In this document: positions 50,229 to 58,393 of the stretch, piece after piece
How positions within the stretch are numbered: the first letter of the stretch is position 1
Layout: each line of letters opens with the position of its first letter
NCBI GenBank assembly: GCA_946408125.1
Contig: CAMJQW010000005.1
Location: forward strand, 2,697-66,696
Length of the DNA: 64,000 bases
Direction of reading: 5' to 3'
From: an uncultured Fibrobacter sp.
GTDB taxonomy: Bacteria; Fibrobacterota; Fibrobacteria; Fibrobacterales; Fibrobacteraceae
Program-made: the position numbers and the translations under genes
Notes under the pieces: model-generated
Databases searched by the model: none
What the model was told of the DNA's origin: nothing
The model's input: only the letters and a program-made list of their open reading frames with translations

Positions 50229-51110
50229 TTACGCGAGGCGGGGTTTTCCCGTCCAGCCGAGCTTTTCGCGGAGGGCGCCGACGAATCCCGTATGGCGCAT
50301 GCGGATAAATGTCGTCACGGACTTACTTTCGCAAAGCACCACGCGGTCACCCGGCTTAACTTCCACGGAGCTGCGGCCATCGAACACGAGGTCAAGCGGG
50401 CGTTCCACCGCAGATACGATTTCAAGCTTCTTGTCGGTGAGCGAAAGCACCAGCGGACGCACCGAGAGGCTGCTCGGCGCCACGGGCGTAAGCACCACCG
50501 CGGGCGTGGACGGATGGATAATCGGGCCACCGGCCGCAAGGTTGTAGGCAGTCGAACCCGTCGGAGTCGAAATCAGCAGGGAATCGGCCCAATATTCGGT
50601 GAGGCACGTGCCGTTATAGGCCACGTTCACGTTCACCATGCGGTCAGGCATGTGCGCACGGATATGCACCTCGTTCAGCACGGTCTGCTTCGCGATGCAC
50701 TTTTTGCCGCGGAAGACCGAGGCATCGATCATCATGCGCTCGCGGGTCGAAAAATCACCCGCCAGCAAATCGTCAAGCGCCTTCTCGAGCCCTTCGACGC
50801 GGCTCTCAGCCAAGAAGCCTACGCGGCCCGCGTTCACTCCGAGAATAGGAATCTTGTGGCCGAGCGCCATATGCGCGGCCGAAAGCACCGTGCCGTCGCC
50901 GCCGATAGCGAGCAGCAGGTCCATGCGCGAAAGGGCGGATTCCTTCACGATGCGGATAGGTTTCTTCGCGAGTTCGCGCAAATTCGAGAGAGCGCAGAAT
51001 TGCACCTGCGGGTGCACCTGCGCCCAGAGGGCAATCTGTTCGAGAGCGCGGGCAAGGTCCGCACTCCTTTCCTTGAATCCGACAATCCCGATTTTCGAGA
51101 ATTTCTTCAT
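50229..51110 (-). CDS. nadK: NAD(+) kinase
   Basis: GGDGT, GVNAGRVGFL, LNE and STPTGSTAYNLAAGGP; start 51110 behind GGGAGGG. Confidence 0.93.
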   Translation of the reverse strand: MKKFSKIGIVGFKERSADLARALEQIALWAQVHPQVQFCALSNLRELAKKPIRIVKESALSRMDLLLAIGGDGTVLSAAHMALGHKIPILGVNAGRVGFLAESRVEGLEKALDDLLAGDFSTRERMMIDASVFRGKKCIAKQTVLNEVHIRAHMPDRMVNVNVAYNGTCLTEYWADSLLISTPTGSTAYNLAAGGPIIHPSTPAVVLTPVAPSSLSVRPLVLSLTDKKLEIVSAVERPLDLVFDGRSSVEVKPGDRVVLCESKSVTTFIRMRHTGFVGALREKLGWTGKPRLA

Positions 51111-51120
51111 AGTCCCTCCC

Positions 51121-52488
51121 CTATGCCTGGGATTCCGTTTCGGAAGCCTCGGGAACAAGCACGAGCTTGAGCTTTTCGAGGACTCCCGGGAAAACCGTTT
51201 CCACGTTCTCGGCGCCCTGCACCGGTTCGTCGTTCTGCAACGCAAGCGAAAGCACGCCGAGAGCAAGCCCCATCTGCGGCCACTGACCGCCATCGAAGCC
51301 ATTCCCGTTCACGATCGTTTCCATACCGCGAATCACGAGCCCGTCGTCGTACACGCCGACCTCGACGCCCGTCTTGCGGAGATTCTCGGCCAAAAATTCA
51401 TTCGAAGCACGCATCGCCTCGCGCGATTCCTTGGGCAGGCGCAGAATCGTCTCGCCCTCGGCAAAGCATGCGGCCACCGCGAGGAGCGCATACTCCTCGA
51501 ATCCCGTAGAAATAACGTCTTCGCTGAAGCGGCGGCCCTGCAGGCGCTTGCCCGCTTCCAGCGGATAAATCTCGACATCGCCGAAAACGTCGCCGAACTT
51601 TTCGCGGCGTGTCACCGTCTCGATGTTCGCGCCCATGCGCTTGAGGCAAGTGAGGGCTCCGGCGCGGGACGTATTGAGTTCCACGTTCATGAGCCTAACC
51701 ACATTCTCCTTGGGCATGTTCCCGACCGTCGCGAGGAGCGCAAAAGCCGTCGCCTCGGTCGTATCTCCGGGAACAAAGTACTCACGACCCGTAATCACCT
51801 TCGTCTCGAAGAGCTCGGTAAACTGCGTACGCTCGATTTTCTTGCCCTGCGCCATCATCAGGCGGCGTTCGAACTCGCTCAGCTGTTCCATGCCGCGGCT
51901 CTCGTAGCGCATCTTCACACCAAAGTACATGAGCATGCGGGTCCACTGGTCATGAACCGTGGATTTTTCCTCGAAACTCAGGTATTCGCTCCGGACAAGC
52001 GCGCGCAAAAGCATTCTGTTGCGCAGGACCGGCGACACGTTCCCGAGGGAATCCTTCTTGATGTTCGGCTCGTCGGCACAGAACGTGAAAACGAGCTTGG
52101 CAGGCTCGTCGACCTGCACATTGATCTTGAAATACTTCTGCAGGAGCTGCTTCGTCTGCGCCACAAGTGCCGCATCCGCTTCGTCAGCAGCCACCGTATA
52201 GAGCTGTTCGGAATCCTTGCTCGCGAGCGTCCACAGCAACACATCGTCGCGTTCGCCAAAACCGAACGGCAGCATGGACGGGAGCGCATACTGGAAGCCC
52301 TTGCCATCCAGCACAAGCTGGTGGCCTTGCAGCGAATACTCGAGTCCGAATTCCTTCAATGCCTGCGCGAAACATTCGCTTCCGCTTGCCCACGAGAAAT
52401 CCTCTAGTACCGTGCGACCGTTCACCAGGAGCGCCATCACCAGCGTGAGGTTCATGCGCTCGCGGTCTGGATTCAAATAAAATTCCAT
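51121..52488 (-). CDS. aroA: EPSP synthase (AroA)-like protein with degenerate active-site motifs
   Basis: VPGD, LNTSRAG...LKRMGANI, LLAVAACFAEGET and FPG scaffolding, plus position after tyrA. Catalytic motifs are altered (see findings). Confidence 0.7.
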   Translation of the reverse strand: MEFYLNPDRERMNLTLVMALLVNGRTVLEDFSWASGSECFAQALKEFGLEYSLQGHQLVLDGKGFQYALPSMLPFGFGERDDVLLWTLASKDSEQLYTVAADEADAALVAQTKQLLQKYFKINVQVDEPAKLVFTFCADEPNIKKDSLGNVSPVLRNRMLLRALVRSEYLSFEEKSTVHDQWTRMLMYFGVKMRYESRGMEQLSEFERRLMMAQGKKIERTQFTELFETKVITGREYFVPGDTTEATAFALLATVGNMPKENVVRLMNVELNTSRAGALTCLKRMGANIETVTRREKFGDVFGDVEIYPLEAGKRLQGRRFSEDVISTGFEEYALLAVAACFAEGETILRLPKESREAMRASNEFLAENLRKTGVEVGVYDDGLVIRGMETIVNGNGFDGGQWPQMGLALGVLSLALQNDEPVQGAENVETVFPGVLEKLKLVLVPEASETESQA

Positions 52489-53628
52489 CTAGCGTTCCTT
52501 CACCTCGTAGCCCAGGTACCTAAGCAGCTTTACGGCACGGGAAGCATCGTTCTCCGTCTTGAAAGCAAGCAGCAAAGTACCGGCCACGTTCTCGCGGACC
52601 TTCATAAGTTCGATATCGCGGATGTTGACCCCTTCCTCGGCAAGCGGCTGCATCACGCTCAACAGGGCGCCCGGCTTGTCCTTCAGCGGGACCGTAATTT
52701 CAAAAAATGATTCTGCGGCATTGCGTCCGGGAGCAAACAGGCTCGCACGTCCGTCATTGCCGGCCTTGAAAATTCCTTCCAGCGCAGCCGACTTGTCATC
52801 GGCAGCAGGGCGACCATCCTTAACTACATCCAGCGAGTTCATCGCCTCGATGGTCCTGTCGAGACCTTCACGCACTTCCTTGAGCGCACGCACTGTCTCT
52901 TCGCGGTTCGTGACGGCGATGTCGTGCCACATTCCCCAGCCGCTTGCCGCAATGCGTGTCATGTCGCGGAAGGCACGACCCGCATAATGCTGGTAGTTGT
53001 GCTTGAGCAGGCGCTCGGGCAGGCTCGCCGCCAAGGTCGAGCTGAGCATCTGAGGCATGTGCGAAACCCACGCCATCGTGCGATCGTGATGTTCCGGCGG
53101 GAACACCACGGGAGTCGCCCCGAGGAACTTCACCAGATCGAGGAGCGGCGCGTAGGCAGATTCGGGCGTACCCTCGGGCGGGCACACGAACCAGTAGGCA
53201 TTCTCGAAAATGGCAGGATCGTTGTTCTCGCAAGTACGCTTCTCGGAACCGGCCATCGGATGGCTCCCGACAAAACGGAACGGCGGCGGCAGGCTCGCAC
53301 CCGCCTTGCAAATTTCGACCTTCGTGCTGCCGATGTCGCTCACCAGGCATTTCCCTTCCGAGCCGGCCCACGAGACCTTTTTCAAGGATTCAATCGTATT
53401 CAGTATGTGGAGAATCGGCGAGCAGAGCAGGATGAGGTCGCAATCCCTCGCCCACTTTTCCGTCTCGCCGTATTCAAAAAATTCATCGGCCAGGCCGAGC
53501 TCACGGGCACGGGCAAGCGTCGACGCCGAACTTACCGCACGGATGACCGGCGGCTGCTTCGTCTGCTTCAGGGCGGCGGCGACGGAACCCGCCAGAAGGC
53601 CAAAACCTACCAGGGCAATCCGTTTCAT
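52489..53628 (-). CDS. tyrA: Prephenate dehydrogenase with C-terminal ACT domain
   Basis: GFGLLAGS, DIGSTK, HPMAGSE, HD-x-x-x-A-x-VSH-x-PQ, FRDMTRIA and DKPG ACT motif. Confidence 0.92.
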   Translation of the reverse strand: MKRIALVGFGLLAGSVAAALKQTKQPPVIRAVSSASTLARARELGLADEFFEYGETEKWARDCDLILLCSPILHILNTIESLKKVSWAGSEGKCLVSDIGSTKVEICKAGASLPPPFRFVGSHPMAGSEKRTCENNDPAIFENAYWFVCPPEGTPESAYAPLLDLVKFLGATPVVFPPEHHDRTMAWVSHMPQMLSSTLAASLPERLLKHNYQHYAGRAFRDMTRIAASGWGMWHDIAVTNREETVRALKEVREGLDRTIEAMNSLDVVKDGRPAADDKSAALEGIFKAGNDGRASLFAPGRNAAESFFEITVPLKDKPGALLSVMQPLAEEGVNIRDIELMKVRENVAGTLLLAFKTENDASRAVKLLRYLGYEVKER

Positions 53629-53892
53629 CTATTCCTCCACCTTGCGGGTCTCTTCCATGATGGTCCGGAAAATGTTGCAAACCGATTCGGGCGAAAGCGG
53701 TCCCCCGGCCGACGCGGCCATTTCGGAGACACGCGTAAGCACGGATTCCTCGCGACCCGCATCGAAAACGGGCAGGCCCTTGGCCTTCTTGATTTTCCCG
53801 ATTTCAGCAGCGAACACCGCACGCCTGTTCAGGAGCGCGATCAGTTCATCATTCAGATCGTCTATGCGCTTGCGCCAGTCATCGATTTCCAT
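53629..53892 (-). CDS. Chorismate mutase (AroQ class)
   Basis: RKRID...LIALLNRR...IG-x-IK...VFD-x-x-RE; start placed at ATG 53892. Confidence 0.9.
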   Translation of the reverse strand: MEIDDWRKRIDDLNDELIALLNRRAVFAAEIGKIKKAKGLPVFDAGREESVLTRVSEMAASAGGPLSPESVCNIFRTIMEETRKVEE

Positions 53893-54064
53893 GTCGGAAA
53901 AGTTAGAAAAAAAACGGGGGCAACCGGACGGCAAGGCCTTTTTGCGTGGCTAGAGCCGTATTTTAATACACTTGATACACTTTTTACATTTTTAGAGTTT
54001 TGGGATTTGCGGTATGAAAGCCACGTACCTATATTATGTTTGTGTATGGGGGGAGATTCCAAAG

Positions 54065-55117
54065 ATGAACATCTATAAAGCAATCGCGACAGGCACACTT
54101 CTGGTAATGGCCATGGCAGCATCCTCCAGCGCAAAAGATTATAGCGGAGCCGAACTCTACACCAACGATACTTGGATGTACGGCAAGTTCGAAGCACGCA
54201 TGCAGATGGCCGCCGGTTCCGGTACTGTCAGTTCAATGTTCCTCTACCACAACGACTCCTACAAGGGCGGTAACGAGCCCTGGGTCGAAGTCGATATCGA
54301 AATCTTGGGCAAGAACCCCAGCAGTTTCCAATCCAATATCATTACGGGTTACGGTCCCGGAGACGGGCAGCCGAACCGCAAGGTAACCAGCGAAGACCAC
54401 CACGCCATCAACCCCGCCTCCAACCAGTCTTTCCACACCTACGGCATGGAATGGACTCCCGACTATGTCGCATGGACTCTTGATGGCCAAGTCGTCCGCA
54501 AGACGGTCAAGGGCCAAAACGACAAGAACCAGGTACAGGACCTCGGCAAAAAGCCGCAGGGTCTCCGTTTCAACCTCTGGTCCGCCCTCGACGCAGGCTG
54601 GGTCGGCGCCTGGAACGACAACATTCTGCCGATCTACCAGTTCATCAACTGGGTAAAGGTTTACGAATACAAGCCGGGCCAGGGCGACAACGGCACCGAC
54701 TTCAAGCTTCTCTGGACCGATAACTTTGACACATTCGACAACGGCCGCTGGAGCAAGGGTGACTGGACCTTTGCCGAAAACCGCGTCGATATCAGCCCGG
54801 ACAACATCTTTGTCAAGGACGGCATGGCCATCATCGCCCTCACCAAGAAGGGCCAGGAAGGCTTCAACGGCCAGGTCCCGAAGGACAATCAGCAGGAGCC
54901 GGTCATCTCGAGCAGCAGCCAGGTCAACCCGCAGTCCAGTTCCTCCAAGGTGATTGCTTCCTCGAGCAGCCAGGTATTCCCGACCAGCTCGTCCACGACG
55001 GCGATTCCGCAGGTTCGCACGCAGGTCCAGGCCAAGGAGATCCGCGGAACGGTCAACGCAAAAGGCGCCCACGTGAAAGACGTGAAAAACCGCTACCGCG
55101 TGAACTTCAGATATTAA
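54065..55117 (+). CDS. GH16 1,3-1,4-beta-glucanase (lichenase), circularly permuted Fibrobacter type
   Basis: Signal peptide; SGAELYT, YGKFEARM, catalytic EVDIE, FHTYGMEW, WTDNFDTFD; S-rich linker and basic C-terminal NAKGA...RYRVNF tail. Confidence 0.93.
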   Translation: MNIYKAIATGTLLVMAMAASSSAKDYSGAELYTNDTWMYGKFEARMQMAAGSGTVSSMFLYHNDSYKGGNEPWVEVDIEILGKNPSSFQSNIITGYGPGDGQPNRKVTSEDHHAINPASNQSFHTYGMEWTPDYVAWTLDGQVVRKTVKGQNDKNQVQDLGKKPQGLRFNLWSALDAGWVGAWNDNILPIYQFINWVKVYEYKPGQGDNGTDFKLLWTDNFDTFDNGRWSKGDWTFAENRVDISPDNIFVKDGMAIIALTKKGQEGFNGQVPKDNQQEPVISSSSQVNPQSSSSKVIASSSSQVFPTSSSTTAIPQVRTQVQAKEIRGTVNAKGAHVKDVKNRYRVNFRY

Positions 55118-55137
55118 AACACCCCCCAAACAACAAG

Positions 55138-55170
55138 AGTCTACGTAGCTCACGCTGCGTAGACTTTTTT
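55138..55170 (+). terminator. Rho-independent terminator after the lichenase gene
   Basis: AGTCTACGTAGC-tcac-GCTGCGTAGACT stem plus a T-run. Confidence 0.8.
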
Positions 55171-55181
55171 ATTTTATAGGC

Positions 55182-56567
55182 ATGCGCGAAGAATTGGCAA
55201 AGACACTTCTCTCTCTGCCCCACCAGGACAACGACAGGCTCCCCAGCATCCGGACCCTCATGAAGGCCTACAACGTCTCCTCGGGAACGGTCCAGGCAGC
55301 CCTCGTGGCCCTCACCGAAGCGGGCAAGATACAGCGCATCCAGGGCAAGGGTTGCTTCTGGAAATCCGCCGATACGGATAATTCCAAAGCGATGTTCCCG
55401 CCAACCATACGCCCGGCCGTCCGAGAAACGATTCCCGAAAAACTGGAAAGGCAGTTCAACGAGGACTGGGCCCGCGGCGAACTCAGGGCGGACACTCCCC
55501 TGCCGCTCATGAAGGAACTCGCGCTCCGCTACGATGTTTCGCAGTCCATATTGCGCAATTTCCTGATGGACAAGGTCGATCGGGGCATCCTCACCCGCAC
55601 CGGCCGCAAGTTCTTCTTCGTGAACAAGAGGAGTTCGCAGTCGCAGGATTCCCTGAGCGAACTCATCTTCGTTACGCGCTGCAACAGCTGGGGCGGATTC
55701 ACCGCCGAAAGCGAACGCGAAATGGATTTCCTCCGCATGGTATACAAGAAGGCCGGTGCGGACAACTACAAGCTCATCCTTCTCGGCATCAACGAGACTA
55801 ACGGACAGCTCATCGACCGGAGCGGCAAGCCGCGCAAGCTTTCCGACTTCCAGAACGCCGTCGGGGCCATCCTCTCCACGTTGCTCGTGATGCACCCGCA
55901 AAAGCTTTTGCACCTGTTCGCCGGAGTAAAATTCCCCGTTTCCGTCTGGTGGGAACACCCGATCGAATCCCTCCCGCCCAGATTCATCAACAAGACGAAC
56001 TGGACATTCTTCAACTCCACCTTCGGACGCCTCCCCGGCATCGAGATGGGAAAATTCCTGCAATCCAAAGGATTCGGCCAGGTCGTCTACATATCGCCCT
56101 ACCATGACAGTTCCTGGTCCGTCGACCGCCTGGAAGGCCTCCGCGAATCTGGCATTTCCGTAACCGCCCTGACCGACGAGGAATTCGCAAGCCCCTGGGA
56201 CTACAAGCAGATTGCCCGCGGGAAGGTCGCCAAATTTTCCGTCGAGCTTTACGCCCGCGAACTCGTGAAGAGGAAGATATTATCTCTCATCACGCGGAAC
56301 AAGGACAACAAGCAGCTCCCGCTCGTCTGCGTGAACGACGAAGTGGCAAGCGTCATCATCGAGCTTGCCGAAGAAGGCAAGATTGGCCTTCCCAAACAGA
56401 TTTTCGGATTCGACAACTCCGCCGAGAGTTACCTGCTCAGGCTTCCCTCGTACGAGTTCAACACACAGGCCCTCGTAGACCACATTTTCTACAGCATCGA
56501 AAATCCCGATGCTTTCAGCAACACCAGGAAAGTCCAGCAAATCCTGGGCTCGGTCATCGAAAAGTAG
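55182..56567 (+). CDS. GntR-family regulator with two wHTH domains and a LacI/periplasmic-binding-like C-terminus
   Basis: LPSIR-x-L...YNVS-x-x-TV...QGKG; second LP-x-x-KELA-x-RYDVS; C-terminal VCVND and GFDN. Confidence 0.8.
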   Translation: MREELAKTLLSLPHQDNDRLPSIRTLMKAYNVSSGTVQAALVALTEAGKIQRIQGKGCFWKSADTDNSKAMFPPTIRPAVRETIPEKLERQFNEDWARGELRADTPLPLMKELALRYDVSQSILRNFLMDKVDRGILTRTGRKFFFVNKRSSQSQDSLSELIFVTRCNSWGGFTAESEREMDFLRMVYKKAGADNYKLILLGINETNGQLIDRSGKPRKLSDFQNAVGAILSTLLVMHPQKLLHLFAGVKFPVSVWWEHPIESLPPRFINKTNWTFFNSTFGRLPGIEMGKFLQSKGFGQVVYISPYHDSSWSVDRLEGLRESGISVTALTDEEFASPWDYKQIARGKVAKFSVELYARELVKRKILSLITRNKDNKQLPLVCVNDEVASVIIELAEEGKIGLPKQIFGFDNSAESYLLRLPSYEFNTQALVDHIFYSIENPDAFSNTRKVQQILGSVIEK

Positions 56568-56571
56568 CATC

Positions 56572-57267
56572 TCAGTTCTTCGCGAGACGCATGATGCCGT
56601 TCTTGTTGTATTCCGGCGAATCCTTCGCGAACGGGCTCGACATCTCGGCGCGGAGCGTGTACTTTCCGAAATCACCCGCATCCACTTCGGTCCCGGATTT
56701 CGAAGAAAGTCCATCCACGAACAGCGTGTCTGCCACTACTCCCAGGATATCGCGGAGTTCATCATCGGAACCCGCCTTGCGCGAAATGCAGAGGTCCGGA
56801 AGGCCGAAAACTTCCAGGCCGAGCGTGTAGAGCACATCCTCGCTTTCCACGAAATTGATCCACGAATCCATCGGCAAGCCGTCGTCTCCAATTTCTTCAC
56901 GGAAGGAATCTGCAAGCCAGGCGGTACCCGATTGCTGCATGTACACACCAATCGCCCCGGCATCGAACATCTTAAGGACGGCGGAGTTTACCATGCGCAA
57001 GTCATCGGCATTCTTGAGCGTTCCTATCAAAAAGAACAGCGAACGGTGCGAATCGATTTTCTTTGCGTCATCTTCCGAAAGGTCGACATGTTCGCGGAAA
57101 ACATCGGAGAGTTTCGCCATCGGTTCGGTACGGGCTACCGAGAAAGAAACGGTACATCCGGGAATCATGAGCGTATTCGCTTCAGGAGCGACCTGGACGT
57201 GTTCCGTTATCTTGAAAGTTTCATTCCGCTCTACAGGAACAGGGAAAGCGAGTACAAACTTGTTCAT
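56572..57267 (-). CDS. Hypothetical protein, possibly DUF4261-like
   Basis: YTLGL-x-x-FGLPD motif and C-terminal N-x-x-G-x-x-RL. Start placed at ATG 57267. Confidence 0.6.
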   Translation of the reverse strand: MNKFVLAFPVPVERNETFKITEHVQVAPEANTLMIPGCTVSFSVARTEPMAKLSDVFREHVDLSEDDAKKIDSHRSLFFLIGTLKNADDLRMVNSAVLKMFDAGAIGVYMQQSGTAWLADSFREEIGDDGLPMDSWINFVESEDVLYTLGLEVFGLPDLCISRKAGSDDELRDILGVVADTLFVDGLSSKSGTEVDAGDFGKYTLRAEMSSPFAKDSPEYNKNGIMRLAKN

Positions 57268-57286
57268 GATATACCTGCAAATAAAA

Positions 57287-58393
57287 CTATTTCTTGATTT
57301 TCTCGAGGACCGCATCGACCGCGCGGCCGAGCATGCCTGAAGCCGGCGACGGAAGCGGTTTCAATCCTGAAGCAATCGCCTCACGCAACGATTTTGCCGT
57401 CAAGGAGGATTCTGAAATCGCAGCCGCATAGCCCGCAGCCGAAAGCTCGCGTGCGAGCACCACCTGCTCATACTGTCCCGGAGTCGGGACAAACACGCAC
57501 TTCGCGCCAAGCACCGCCATATCCATCACGGTACTGTAACCGCCGCGGCTTACCACATGCTTCGCACCGCATACGAGCTCCGCAAAATGCTCCGTCGGCA
57601 AGTGCGTATGGAATTCGACATTTCCTTCGACCCAGGAATCGTACGGGACAGAAGGTTTCCCGAGCAAGACCGCATGGCGCCCGGGAATCTGCTTAAGCAC
57701 GTCGCGCAGGCGGTTTTCGAACCGGCTGCGCGCCGGTTCCACGCCCGAGACGACCGCGACGATGTCGAGGTCTGCTCGGCGGCCCTTCAAAAGACCCGCT
57801 TGCATACCTGCGAAACGCGAAAGGGGGCCGACGTAGCGGACCGGAACAGGAGACGACGCCACATGCGAAAGCGCACCTGCGTATCCGGGAAAATCTTGTA
57901 CGTCGGGAATCCACACTTCGTCAAAATTCTTCATCCGCGCCGCATGCCAGCGCACGCCAATTCCCTCCAAGGAAGAAAGCGCGGGCGGGAAAGCAATCCG
58001 CATCTGGTGCGTCATATAGATGTTGTGCGCTTTTTTCGACCAGAAAGCGAAGCGGTTGTCCGAGAACAGGATGTCATAGCCGTAACGTTCCACCATCTCT
58101 TCGGCATAGCGGTGCTCGTAGCGCATGACAGCATTCAGGTGCGCCCCGTTTTTCAGGAGCCAGAGCGCCATGTTGAAACCATGACGCGGGTAGACGATGT
58201 GGTATCCCGGAGCTACGCGCTGGCGCAAATCCGGAAAGACTTCGCGGAAAAAGTTCGCGTTCGACTTGACAACCGCAATTTCCACTTCCGCACCGCGAGC
58301 AAGGAACTCGCGAATCACGGGCACGCAACGCGTCGCATGCCCGAGCCCCCAGTCAAGCGGGGAAACGAGAACTTTTACTTGGCCTCCAGCCAT
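57287..58393 (-). CDS. GT-B glycosyltransferase (GT28/GT1-like)
   Basis: LDWGLGHATRC, SDNRF, SRGGYSTVMD and VPTPGQYEQ. Confidence 0.85.
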   Translation of the reverse strand: MAGGQVKVLVSPLDWGLGHATRCVPVIREFLARGAEVEIAVVKSNANFFREVFPDLRQRVAPGYHIVYPRHGFNMALWLLKNGAHLNAVMRYEHRYAEEMVERYGYDILFSDNRFAFWSKKAHNIYMTHQMRIAFPPALSSLEGIGVRWHAARMKNFDEVWIPDVQDFPGYAGALSHVASSPVPVRYVGPLSRFAGMQAGLLKGRRADLDIVAVVSGVEPARSRFENRLRDVLKQIPGRHAVLLGKPSVPYDSWVEGNVEFHTHLPTEHFAELVCGAKHVVSRGGYSTVMDMAVLGAKCVFVPTPGQYEQVVLARELSAAGYAAAISESSLTAKSLREAIASGLKPLPSPASGMLGRAVDAVLEKIKK

